The notes beneath the pieces were generated by a model. It ran no database searches. It was not told where the DNA came from and worked only from the letters and a program-made list of their open reading frames with translations. A DNA stretch of 64,000 nt from positions 50,320-114,319 of the forward strand of contig NIVC01003173.1 in NCBI GenBank assembly GCA_002269645.1. The letters run 5' to 3'. The position numbers and the translations under genes were made by a program. Source of the DNA: Macrostomum lignano. Lineage: Eukaryota. Shown piece by piece: positions 12,601 to 25,054 of this stretch (position 1 is its first letter; each line of letters starts with the position of its first letter).

Positions 12601-15600
12601 ACAATACAGATCTTGGCGGTATGATGGTGGTCCACTTAAAATTTGCATTTGCCTCCGAGTCTGAATAGTCTTGTGGGTCGACAAAAATTGAGTTCCATTC
12701 CAGATTCGATGGGGTACTATGTCTATTGGCATGGTCAGAAACCGTAATTGTAGCATTCTGTTGCTCCATTTCACTCTCTGCATAGATGTAGATACGGCCT
12801 CGATGGATCGGGTACTTCCAGACTCGAAGCATAGTTGCTAGCTGGGCGGTGTTGTTTAACACCCGAGCAATGCTGCCGTTCAGCGAACTGCACATTTTGA
12901 CAGCATCAGACGCACTCAAGTGTGTTACATTCGAAGCGGCGCTGACTATCATGTAGCAGTGATCGTCTAGCTCGTACCAGCCATCTCGGCACTCATGAGT
13001 TCGGCTTTGCATCATGCCAACCTGCTGCTGAAAATGCAGCCGATTTTTATCCACCTGAGCCGTGACGTTTGCTGGTTTCTCACAGATGTGCGACTGGCCA
13101 TGAATTTCCATGTTGCACGGCACCTGCACCCAGTTGCTGTGATGTCGAGGATTTTGAAGCATCATGCCAACGCAAAGGAAAGCGTTATAATAGTTCGGCT
13201 GGGGAAATTTCTCATGGACTACTGTGACAAGATTTCTTGGCACCTGAGAATACAAGCTGTCGTTGTGCGACGGATACCACTCCTGATAGGTGAAGGGCTC
13301 ACCGCTGCTCCAAATAAAGTCCTGAAATTTTTAATCAAAGAAAACTTTATTGACAGAAAAGCAAGGTGCGCCAAGGTACGCTTAACCAAATTTCAAAATT
13401 TGTCTGTCTGACTTACATGTACATTTCTGGAGACGTTCCTATTGGTTAACAACGTCCAGCAAGATGAACCGCCGGTCTGACTAATGGCACATTTCTGAGC
13501 AGAGAACGCGTGACTTTTTACCTGAAGGCCAATGTAGACGAACATTTCTTCGGATGAGTACACCGTCTCACGCCAGGAGTTGTTCTGCAGTATCAGTTCC
13601 ATTAAGTCCCGCATCTCGGCATGCGAGTTGATGCTCACAAGGTTACCGCCGAAAGATCGGCAGTTACTTTCAGCTCTGTCCCAAGAGATTGGCTCTGCAC
13701 TCTTAAACAATTTGTAGCACGAGTCTGACCGGTGATGCCAGTCTTCGGAACCAGGCACTGGGCAAGCGTCAGACGAGGGCTTTGACGATTGTTTTATTAG
13801 ACGAAATCGGATTGAGAACCCCTGGTATCGGGGCTGAAGGGAGGCCTTCATCGAGTTGTATGAAATCTTATTTGCCTGAAACATGATGTAGATCTCGTTT
13901 GACGAAAGCGTGTAAAGGTACGAGCCGCTGTGGCTTTTGCATTGGTTAAGCCGTGCTTGAACTCGAGCTGAGACGCGTTCCATTATAGTGAGAAAACTGT
14001 TCGAACAAATGTCCAAATCAAATGTACTGAATTTGAATGAATAGTAGCTGGATACGTTTACTGGACTGGTGTAGTTGAAAAACCACACTATTGGTTTTTC
14101 GTACTTTTCGTAGGGAAAAGGAAAACCTGGACTCTCGATGATGCCGCATTCTTGCTCTACGGTGCTCTGGAGTGGCCTACCGATAGTGCCAATGTCGTTG
14201 TATGGAATGCGAGCCCGACACTCTGACTCCAGGTGCAGGGTCCAGAAGGTCGCGCAGAAGTCGCAGTCGGACTGCAGTGTCACCTCCGTATAATAGCGCT
14301 CATTAGCATACCGACGACGAATTGAGACGACCGACTCGCAATTGAATTTTTTCATCAACGTTACTGTGCCATTTTCATGCTGCTCCGTTAGCGCCATCAG
14401 ATTCGAGCTAGTAAACTTTGAGAAAGCAAGGAGTGGCTCAGTAGTAGTGATCTCTACAGTCTTGTTTCGCTTGCTGGCCACCTGCACCTCCGAAATAATA
14501 CTCAAACATTCCTTGTAGTAAAACTCCTTGCGCGACTCAACTTCGCTGAGATCGATCATCTCGCACGGATAGGCGCCAATGCTATAGGTAAAGACATTTT
14601 CGCCCTGCCAGTCGTTGTCCTCAACATCCAGATCGTGGAAATAGTACAGCAAAAAGTACACCTCGCTCCCCTGGCTAAGAACAGACACAGGCAGCGAGCT
14701 GGCGGAACAGAATGGGCCAATTTTTTTCTCTCCGATTGTTAAAGCGTCACGTTTCACCACGAACAGGCCCGTTTTGTTGCAGCTCTCGTCGCTGTATTTT
14801 CTGTCAAGGTCAAACGATGTAATATTCCAATAAACATGGCTAATACCGTGAGTGCGAGGCGCGCCGATAAGCATTTGAGAAGTATGCAGCTGCATTGATA
14901 ATTTTTGCATGTGGTCGATTAGATCAGAGTTTTTCAAATAGAACTCAGCTCCCTTACTAACGGGCAAATCCAAGTGCCCAGCGTAAATTTCCAAGTCTTC
15001 TGTGAATACTTCCAAGCGCACCGACTTTTGAAGCTTGTCACCAAATGTAGCCACGTAGATCATCATCTCGAACGATTGGGTACTGATTGAGCCGGTCATT
15101 GTAACCGGGTCTAGAGGCACCGAATAGACATAACGTTCTTGAATGCCTAAAAGCTGTGACGGTGTTGTGCACAGGAACCTGTCAGAGAAGTAAACCATGG
15201 CTCCTGTTGATGTTGACACGGACGTTGTATTATCAAATAGTGATACAGTCACCGTCGCGCTGAGCCTTCTACCAACTTCGGTGCGAAATTTAAACTCGTA
15301 GAAAGTGACAACAATATCGTCGGTTTGTTTGAGAGAGTAGCTGCAGCGTTGGTTCGGCTCCATTTCGTGTACCAGGATGCTCAGCGGTCGCTCCTGCGCA
15401 TGGTAATAGTACGGCTGTCGTAGGGTTACCCAAAACCGTTCGTTAATGCTGAAGTACTGAAAACTGAAGATCCCAGTTAAACGACTAAGGTCGTTGACGT
15501 AACGCACTCGCACCTTGTTAGCATTGATAATAAACTCTGGCCCGCTTTGAATTCCGCACATCGCTTTCGTATTGCTCGCATTCTCCGGCGCGTAATCGAA

Positions 15601-17063
15601 TTCAAACTCCAGCCGGTCGTAGATGCAATTTGGTCCGGAATAGGGCAGACGAAATCGTTGAAATTCAATTCGAAGTACGTCGTCATGATTGACACCATTA
15701 ATAGTCACCACGCAATCGCTTGATGAATTGGTGTGCAAAGCGGTCACCTGCTGCGTGGTAGCTAGCATGTTGGGCTCGCCCTTGCACTCTAGTTTTATTG
15801 TTTCAGCCAACTGAGCCATGAAGCCCACTTTCTGAATCACGTGATCCGACACGAAGTTCAACCTGATACTGCCGGATTTACTAATGAAAGCAAAGTCGGA
15901 GCTGACGTTGATGTTGCCGCATCGATTGCCGCAGCATCGGACGCTGTAACTGGCATCGACAGCGTCCTCAATGATCAGATAGTCACGTATGCATCCTTCG
16001 GAATCTTCTATGTAGAATTTGCCAGAATTGAAGGTCAAAACTAGTTTTGAACCTGGCGTTACAGCTTTGATAACCTTCTGACAATGTCTGTTGGACGGAT
16101 AAAAGTTCAAATTTCCTGGATCGACTGGTGTCCGTAACAGCAGGCTAGAGTAGCTCGCGTCATCAGGAATAACGCACATATCGACGCTGGAAAATATGGT
16201 GATGCGTTTTACTGAGCTGCTGTTACAAGTACCACTCGCAACTTTCATAAGAAATCTAATGGTGACAAAGAATAAGCGAAAGCGCAATGCTACTTTTTAA
16301 ACTGCTATTTGTAAATTAAATCACATCAAATGGGGTTTTAATGTAAATAATAAATTTTCAAAATAGGAAGGAAATGTAACATTTCTTGATTTTTTGCTTT
16401 TTTGATCTCTATTAATATTCTGTAAACCCGTACAACATTTCGAAGTCCACCGACATTTCCGAAGAACCTGACGTTGATAGAAGTTGATGGCAAATGGACA
16501 CTGATTGCACACTATGCTGATGGATGCCAGCGTTAGCAATATTAAGACAAAGTTACTTTTATTTCGCAACTTACTTATCCTTTTCTCATCGGTTTTAGAT
16601 ACTTTTGACTAACGCCGCTTGACCATCTGCGTACCGACAAAGTACTCATTTGCCATTGCCGTCGAATTGTTGTACGAAAAATCTATGTCGATAAACTTCT
16701 GGTACCATATATTGGAACAACTACTTGAAGTAGAAAAAAACATTCTTTTGTCTTCATACAGCATGTATTAAGAAATTAACAGTTTTATAGCTTAAGTTAA
16801 AGTTCTTAAAAGAAAATTTATGTAAATTGCATGACAACTACGAATCACCCCTGTTGTTTTTGAGTGAAAAAATCCAGTAAAAATCAGTAAGACACTTACT
16901 GATCGTTCTTGCCGTCAATCAGTAGGCTACTAGAGCCATTAAACTGGTTGCCAAGCCAACGCAGTTCCTTGTCCAGCGCTTCAGAGTCCATAGTATCCAA
17001 TTTGGCTGCATTCATTAATGGTGCTTCTGGTAGTTGAAGAATCAGAAATAGTAAAATAAACAT
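9640..17063 (-). CDS. GRL101-like leucine-rich-repeat GPCR with CUB, C-type lectin and ~6 LDLa domains (multi-exon)
   Basis: 7TM in ORF 9640-12222 with the LERY motif (TM3) and NPTLNPYLY (TM7). It is preceded by LRRs, an LRRNT (CPEGCYC) and LDLa repeats (CDGTADCPGATDEADC). C-type lectin motifs (CYKLF..SWDRAESNC; WSSGEPFTYQEW) and CUB motifs (YPSNRHC..; GIIESPGFP) lie in 12485-16190. Splice phases checked compatible at the ~13525/13321, ~12485/12336 and ~12126/11994 junctions. The hydrophobic N-terminus MFILLFLILQL starts at 17063. The small 5' exons at 16.4-16.8 kb are only approximately resolved. Confidence 0.88.
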
Positions 17064-18056
17064 TTTCGCTGCTACGTCAATGCCTTTGAAGAGCATTTTT
17101 AGCTGCTCAAAATCAATTCACTGCGTCGAAACAGCTCAGTGATTTTCAACAGCCGCTTGTAGTTATAAATGGAACCAGAACTATACTATTTTGCATTTTG
17201 GTCACGCCTTGACGAAAGATATCAACTGATTATTTATCTTCCCTCCGAATGCATTCCACTGAAGCTCTCGTCTGGCATCCCGCTTCTGCATTGGCAAAGA
17301 AGGGTTTGAGCCGCGCTTATCGGCCAGAAACTGTGATTTCTGATAAAAACCAATTGCAAACCTTACAGTCAACTTCTTCCTGGGCCTGGAGTGGCCTTCT
17401 ATTCACGCTCTTTTATCAAAATTTGTTATACTCTGTTGCCACCATGTGCAAATACAAACCATAGCCGTTTAGTAGTTCTATTTTATCAAAGAAGCAACTA
17501 CTTCTTACTTTTCTACTTTAAGTAGCACTTCTCTCAAACATTGCTCTGTAAAGGAATTTAAAGACAAAGTTAAATTTACATCTAACTTGGAGAAAGTAAT
17601 TATCACGATAAATAATTTACAACTATCTGGCATATAAAAAGGTTATGCAAGTCCGTTGTGTCTTGTTCGAAAATGAACCAGGGAGCCGGAGCCAGAGACA
17701 GAAGCATGAAGTGAATGGGAATATCATCAAACCTATAATTTACGGATAAAAGTACTGACAGGCTATTGCAAATTGGGTTGGAAATTATTATAGCGTTTCG
17801 CAGACTAGCAAGGCTTGCTGTAACACGATTTAAATGTGTAAAGGCGTGCATTAAACGCTAAAAGCGTGCTTAAACGGCTCGTCATCGCGTATTCGCTAGA
17901 GTCATTTAATACACAAGAAATATATATCGGATTACATTAATACTCAAAAATTGTTTTTTTCTGGCTTCAATGTCTATGGTTCCAAAAGCACGGACAAACA
18001 GTGTAACTAGAGTACGCCCATAGACAGCATATAATTCATTCTAATCTAGTATAGTA

Positions 18057-18464
18057 TTTGTCATGCTATCTCAGCCTAGAGACATCCAAACTCAGCCAGC
18101 CCATCTCAACAGTGCGATTTTTTACGTAAGCCAGTCAAGTTTTACCATAGACATGCTTCTTAAGGCCATGCTATCTCAGCCTGGGACATGCAATCTCAGC
18201 CACTTTTCAGATTCTTACTGACTTTTCTTGCTGCGTTCATTCATTGCTGTTTGTTGCCATTTCATGTCACGTTACAGAAATGATAGCATTGAGATCTGTT
18301 TGCAATTGAAATCTATATTGGCTGAGATTGCATGTCCCAGGCTGAGATAGCATGGCCTTAAGAAGCATGTCTATGGTAAAACTCGACTAGCTCGAGCCAA
18401 AAAACGCATTGCGGAATGGGGCTGGCTGAGTTTGGATGTCCCTAGGCTGAGATAGCATGACAAA
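18057..18464. mobile_element. MITE/foldback element with 146 bp inverted arms
   Basis: Arms at 18057-18202 and 18319-18464; the inner ~63 bp are a perfect inverted repeat; spacer 116 bp; no TSD seen. Confidence 0.8.
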
Positions 18465-18469
18465 AGCTA

Positions 18470-18750
18470 TAACAACAACCACAACAACAACAATCAGGGT
18501 CTTTATCAGGGTCTCTAGAAGTCAGCGTCTTAGGGCACGCTTCTGGGCTTGCAAGAAGACCGCCGGCAGGGTGTCTGCAGCGTCAGTAACATGATATTTT
18601 GGCCTGCCAGCTGGAGTCGCCGACGGCACAACAGGTCGCTTGGACGGAACAGGCCAGCGCGACGATACAGTGTCGCATTGGTGACATGCTCGTCTTGTAA
18701 GAATCAGTTGGATCCTCTACGGGCTCACAATAGTCTATTCGCTGAATTTG
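18470..18750 (-). mobile_element. 3' fragment of a non-LTR retrotransposon (RT C-terminus) with a (TTG)n tail
   Basis: Minus-strand frame reads NRLL*AR..HVTNATLYRRAGLFRPSDLLCRRRLQLAG, resembling the HV.N..LY...RRRL.LAGH motif downstream of LINE RT domains (recalled); contains in-frame stops and a microsatellite tail. Confidence 0.65.
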
Positions 18751-18989
18751 AATTTAGAGTTGGGTGATGATGCAGACAGTGTAGACGGAAGCTGCTGTGG
18801 TGGACTTCGCTATTGTTGACAAATCAAATTCAGCTTTGTTGCTTGTTGAAAACTTGCTTGAGTGAAGCTAAATCTAAAACCAAATTATTAATCACAGACT
18901 CCTATGGACGCAATTGACAGTGTTATAATAATAATAATACGATGGTTTTCCATCGTATTAACGTCACGCAACTGGTGCTCAGTGCTGCC

Positions 18990-19022
<33 letters not shown>

Positions 19023-20071
19023 CTTTTTTGACTGGGCCAGCTTGCCACGACAAAAATATTGATAGAAAAATATAATGCTTGATTGATTGTTTCCGAACGT
19101 GTCAGCAGTTCAAACAGCTAGCGTGGCAGTACCCCAAATATCTGGCACGCAAGCTTTGCATCAGTCAGTTAGTCAGTGAGGTTTCCCTGTTTGCTTGAAA
19201 TCCTGGCACCTCCAGTAGTTGCTTGCTTCACGCTTGACTCCAAACGAAGTAGAAAAAATCTGTTCAAAGGTTTGACTGCTCGAGATAATTGAGAATAAAG
19301 AGATAAAAGCAGATAAATCAAATAGTTTAAGAAACAACTCACAATCTAATTTCTTGCAATTATTCATAAGCACAATATTTATATTAGATTGTGTAATAAG
19401 ATTGCAGATAATCATATGCAATGCAATGCTCAGTCCAGATTATAATATAATCATAATAAATAAGCACGAAATGCTGTTGTATTATGGAGCTGCAATATGG
19501 GTCAGAAATATCGGGTTACCTTGGTACGTGCCCCTGGAGCAAGACCAAGCGCCCCGAAAGCAGAATTTATGGAAGGGTACAGAAAACGCGTAAACAGTAA
19601 TTTCCCTTCTTCTCGACAGAGACAGCGCATACCTATCGTCGCTATAGGATTACACTGCACTGACTTGGTTAAAGCGGTGGAGAAGCGAGAAAGAAAGTGG
19701 AAGAAAGAGAGCGGAAGAGGCGAAAGTTCAGATTCCATAACTCCGTTAAAAATCTTTGTCCCCTGGCCCCACCACACATGCCCATTTGGTACTTCGATAA
19801 ATCGGTTGGCCCTGAAGCTTTCAGCTGTTAAATGCTCTATTAGTACTTTTTTGACGCAGTTGAAGTGAACCGAAAATATTTATTGAGGTCAAGGTTTTTT
19901 CCAACGAAAAAATTCTTGCATTCTTTTCTAATTGCTATGCGTACTCTTAACACTTAAAAGTGGATTGATTAAGAATGGAACATGCCTGACTTGGATGTTA
20001 AGTACACGAGAGTTATTAAACCACATAATTGTATCAGAATGCAAAACTTGGCAATCCAATAGTCCCATCAG

Positions 20072-20185
20072 GTGTCAGGAAGGTCGCAAACGTGTGAGAG
20101 TCGGACAGTCATATTGAGTGTCAGGAAGGTCGCAAACGTGTGAGAGTCGGACAGTCATATTGAGTGTCAGGAAGGTCGCAAACTT
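20072..20185. repeat. 46 bp direct repeat (~2.5 copies)
   Basis: gtgtcaggaaggtcgcaaacgtgtgagagtcggacagtcatattga repeated. Confidence 0.85.
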
Positions 20186-20792
20186 GGGAGTAAGACAGTC
20201 ATATTTATTTGTCAAAATGCACACGTTATAGTCAAGAACTCAAAAATATAAAAAGTGCAGCAGTTAGAGATAAATGCATTACAGAGCCAAAAAAAAGATT
20301 TTGTTCAGACTGCGGAGTAGAAATCAAGCTTTGCTTTTCCGCATCAATGACTAAAATAATTAAATAATTATACCTACAGACAGAGAGTATATCCGCGACC
20401 TAAATTTAATTTTGTACAATCTAAAACATAATTATTATATAAAAATTGGCACAAGAAAGAGCTGGGAGAGACACTGATGCTCTGAACGATAGACAGTTTC
20501 GACTTTGGGAGGTGGCGGATCCCCCAATTCTCTGCACAAGAGACGAAAATTGGCTTTGTGGGTGTTGGGTGGAACTGAGGGATGAAGATAATTGCATTTC
20601 GCATCATTGCTGCATCCTGAGAAAATAAGACAAATGAGAATGAACTATTGGATATATAATTGTATTATATATAGAGCGGGTTATATAAATTTATGCATGT
20701 ATCCCAGACACGTAGCTTGGACATTTTGGAGAAAAGTGCAAACAGCATTCTTCCCTAAGCCAAGGAGGACTTTAAAACCAGAATCTGGAGTA

Positions 20793-21092
20793 GGCGCCAG
20801 CACCAAGGGGCGCCAGCACCAAGGGGCGCCAGCACCAAGGGGCGCCAGCACCAAGGGGCGCCAGCACCAAGGGGCGCCAGCACCAAGGGGCGCCAGCACC
20901 AAGGGGCGCCAGCACCAAGGGGCGCCAGCACCAAGGGGCGCCAGCACCAAGGGGCGCCAGCACCAAGGGGCGCCAGCACCAAGGGGCGCCAGCACCAAGG
21001 GGCGCCAGCACCAAGGGGCGCCAGCACCAAGGGGCGCCAGCACCAAGGGGCGCCAGCACCAAGGGGCGCCAGCACCAAGGGGCGCCAGCACC
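20793..21092. repeat. 17 bp GC-rich minisatellite (~17 perfect copies)
   Basis: Unit ggcgccagcaccaaggg. Confidence 0.95.
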
Positions 21093-21571
21093 ATTTACAG
21101 ACTGTCTGTAAATGGAAGTTGGGGAGAATACTGGGTAATCTAGGTCGTAGTTCTTGATCTCCTTGTGTTTCTCCGTTATGACTAGATGATCCGCTAAATC
21201 TCCTGACTAGGCTGGGGGATTTGCAACAAGTCAATTCGGCACCGACCATGATTTTTTTCGGCAATATTTTGTCAGCCTCGGGCGGCAGATGATGAATTGG
21301 GGCTTTGGTTTGAACCTATAGATGCTTCGTTGGCTGCCTCCCGAATCCTGACAGGCAATTTCGGTTCCAGAAAAAAAAGGTAAAAAAAACAGACGACACG
21401 AAGTTGGTTTCACAGTGCAGTGCTTTTTGGAAGCCGAATAATGATGCAGTCCACTGTCTGCAGATCGCTTTTCTCTTTCAGGCTTTACAGAATTGCTATT
21501 GTGCTTTCTGGTGCAAAAATGTGGATAGTTATCTGAGCCTGGCGCATGAAAGCAAAGAAATTAATGGGCTT

Positions 21572-22352
21572 ACCTTTACCAGATATTGGTGTCCCTTTAC
21601 CAGATATTGGTGTCCCTTTACCAGATATTGGTGTCCCTTTACCAGATATTGGTGACCCTTTACCAGATATTGGTGTCCCTTTACCAGATATTGGTGAACC
21701 TTTACCAGATATTGGTGTACCTTTACCAGATATTGGTGTACCTTTACCAGATATTGGTGTCCCTTTACCAGATATTGGTGAACCTTTACCAGATATTGGT
21801 GTACCTTTACCAGATATTGGTGTCCCTTTACCAGATATTGGTGTCTCTTTACCAGATATTGGTGTCCCTTTACCAGATATTGGTGACCCTTTACCAGATA
21901 TTGGTGTCTCTTTACCAGATATTGGTGTCCCTTTACCAGATATTGGTGTCTCTTTACCAGATATTGGTGTCCCTTTACCAGATATTGGTGTCCCTTTACC
22001 AGATATTGGTGTCTCTTTACCAGATATTGGTGTCCCTTTACCAGATATTGGTGTCCCTTTACCAGATATTGGTGTCCCTTTACCAGATATTGGTGTCCCT
22101 TTACCAGATATTGGTGACCCTTTACCAGATATTGGTGTCCCTTTACCAGATATTGGTGTCCCTTTACCAGATATTGGTGTCCCTTTACCAGATATTGGTG
22201 TCCCTTTACCAGATATTGGTGTCCCTTTACCAGATATTGGTGTCCCTTTACCAGATATTGGTGTCCCTTTATCAGATATTGGTGTCTCTTTACCAGATAT
22301 TGGTGTCCCTTTACCAGATATTGGTGTGCTTTTACCAGATATTGGTGTGCCT
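21572..22352. repeat. 21 bp minisatellite (~37 copies)
   Basis: Unit ctttaccagatattggtgtcc; explains the LPDIGVP-type ORFs. Confidence 0.95.
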
Positions 22353-22799
22353 TTAGCATGCTAATTTAGATGACGTTGACTTTTACCAACCTAGAAATTA
22401 TCAGTAAAAGTTTTTTATTAGAGATCCCCGCCATTGAACTTTCAGAAAATGCAGGATACGATAACTTTACTTCAACTCTTTCTTCAGAATAACCGCGCTC
22501 ACTATGCAGGCACAAGCCAGGGCTGTTCTGTTTATCCAGAATTGATTGAAAGATAATTTCTCTTCGCTTTTCTTTATGCCCGCCGCCTCTTTTAGATCGA
22601 TACACTGCATGTCTTTTGTTGTGGCGGAAAAAAACCTCTGCGGACCTTGAATAGCTGGAATACAATCAAGCAATGAAGATTAAGGTTAAGGTAAAGGTAT
22701 AGCCTCGAAAGAACTCTAATGATAACTTTTTCTAGCTAGATAAAACTTCAACAATTAACTGTACAATCTCCTGCGTCGAAGAGACGATGAGAAAAGTAG

Positions 22800-22990
22800 T
22801 AACAACGAGAACAACAAGAACAACGAGAACAACAAGAACAACACGAACAACGAGAACAACAAGAACAACGAGAACAACAAGAACAACGAGAACAACAAGA
22901 ACAACACGAACAACGAGAACAACAAGAACAACGAGAACAACAAGAACAACGAGACAACAAGAACAACGAGAACAACGAGAACAACAAGAA

Positions 22991-23021
<31 letters not shown>

Positions 23022-23143
23022 AAGAACAACAAGAACAACGAGAACAACGAGAACAAAAAGAACAACGAGAACAACGAGAACAACAAGAACAACAAGAACA
23101 ACAAGAGCAACAATAACAACAAGAACAACAAGAACAACAAGAA

Positions 23144-23174
<31 letters not shown>

Positions 23175-23179
23175 GAGAA

Positions 23180-23210
<31 letters not shown>

Positions 23211-23269
23211 AAGAACAACGAGAACAACAAGAACAACAAGAACAACAAGAACAACAAGAACAACAAGAA

Positions 23270-23300
<31 letters not shown>

Positions 23301-23590
23301 AAGAACAACGAGAACAACAAGAACAACAAGAACAACAAGAACAATAAGAACAACAAGAACAACTAGAACAACGAGAACAACAAGAACAACAAGAACAACG
23401 AGAACAACAAGAACAACAAGAACAACAAGAACAACACGAACAACAAGAGCAACAAGAACAACGAGAACAACAAGAACAACAAGAAAAACAAGAACAATAA
23501 GAACAACTAGAACAACTAGAACAACGAGAACAACAAGAACAACAAGAACAACGAGAACAAAAAGAGCATCAAGAACAGCAAGAACAGCAG
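22800..23590. repeat. 9 bp AACAACAAG/AACAACGAG array
   Basis: Simple 9-mer repeat decaying into A-rich sequence to ~23680. Confidence 0.93.
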
Positions 23591-24779
23591 GAATAACCAG
23601 AACAAAAAGAACGAAAGTAAAAAGGCGGAAAAAACGAACAACAAGACCAAAGCAAAAGCAGAAGACCAAAAAGAAAAACGAGTCACGTTGGCTAAAAAAA
23701 TTGCTTTCAAACGCTCTCTCGATGAGTACAGTGTAAAGAAAAGCACTTTCTATGCGTACAGTTTTTCACTTAGGCTTAGGAAAATATTTGATGGCACTCG
23801 CAGCCGAATGAGAGCACCTCTCTGCTCTTCTCTCCTTTCCTTCTCTCTCTATAGTATGAGCACTTCTTTGGCTAGGAGTGGAGAGTGATAGAAAACTACT
23901 TAAAATAGATCGAAAGAAAACACTACGCCTTCTGGTGAAGAGTAAATATCGGATTATTTTGTTATAAAAATGGTATAAATATTATCGTGTCCCTACATCG
24001 ATACTGGCTGTGAAACTCTCTCGGCTAAAAGCACAGCTAAAACCCCATCTGATTCACATCCCTCTCCAGGATTCGAGCCGCTCTGTCGCTCACTTGGCCA
24101 GGATTTCTTTAATAGTAGCGAAAAGGTAGGGAAGGGGATCTCTTGCAGCGTGTGACAGAGGCAGCTGGAGGGAAGCAGTTGGGGGGGGGGGTTGCAGCGA
24201 CCTCCCAGGCAACATCCCGCAAATCTACGTGGGAGAGGGAGATTTTCGGATGCCAGTCTTCTTCAAACCAATTCTGCCAGTGCTTATGCGGGCTTAATAC
24301 ATTTTACCAAAGCCTGTTAATTTGTCTGGCAGTCAGTTGAATCCCTTCGGGTCCGCAATACTGCGCGGCCAAGCGTCTCCTCGCAACTTTCAAAAATTGT
24401 GTCTGGCGGATTTTATTTTGCTTCGACATATGCAGCTAACTATAAGCTCTGCTTCCCATTGTAATTTCCCGTCCCATGTTCGGTGGGGCGAAAATTCCCA
24501 AGTTACTGCTGCAACTACGGATAACGTGTTAGGTCTGCCTCAACTGTATAACTCGGATCCTCGCCCTGCTACGGCTGATGCGACACTGAGACAAGTAATT
24601 CATGTAGCTTTATAAGAGCTAGATAGATTAAAGTAAGCTAAGGAAGATTACGAAGGATTTAGTAAGGAGTGTACGGCTCGTAGAAGGTTAGACTAAGAGG
24701 GTGAAGAGGGTTAGACACCGAAGACGAAGAGTATTAGGACAGAAAGGCTGAGAGGGTTAGACACAAAAGACAGAGGAAG

Positions 24780-25050
24780 TTAGACAAAGAGGCGAATAGG
24801 GTTAGACACAGATGCGAATAGGGTTAGACACAGAGGCGAATAGGGTTAGACACAGATGCGAATAGGGTTAGACACAGAGGCGAATAGGGTTAGACACAGA
24901 TGCGAATAGGGTTAGACACAGAGGCGAATAGGGTTAGACACAGAGGCGAATAGGGTTAGACACAGAGGCGAATAGGGTTAGACACAGATGCGAATAGGGT
25001 TAGACACAGAGGCGAATAGGGTTAGACACAGATGCGAATAGGGTTAGACA
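24780..25050. repeat. 22 bp minisatellite containing TAGGGTTAG
   Basis: Unit gggttagacacagaggcgaata, with aggc/atgc variants. Confidence 0.92.
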
Positions 25051-25054
25051 CTGA

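Noticed and set aside
19173-19868. Short ORFs as a transposase or gene fragment
   Set aside because: No catalytic motif or splice structure that I could verify.
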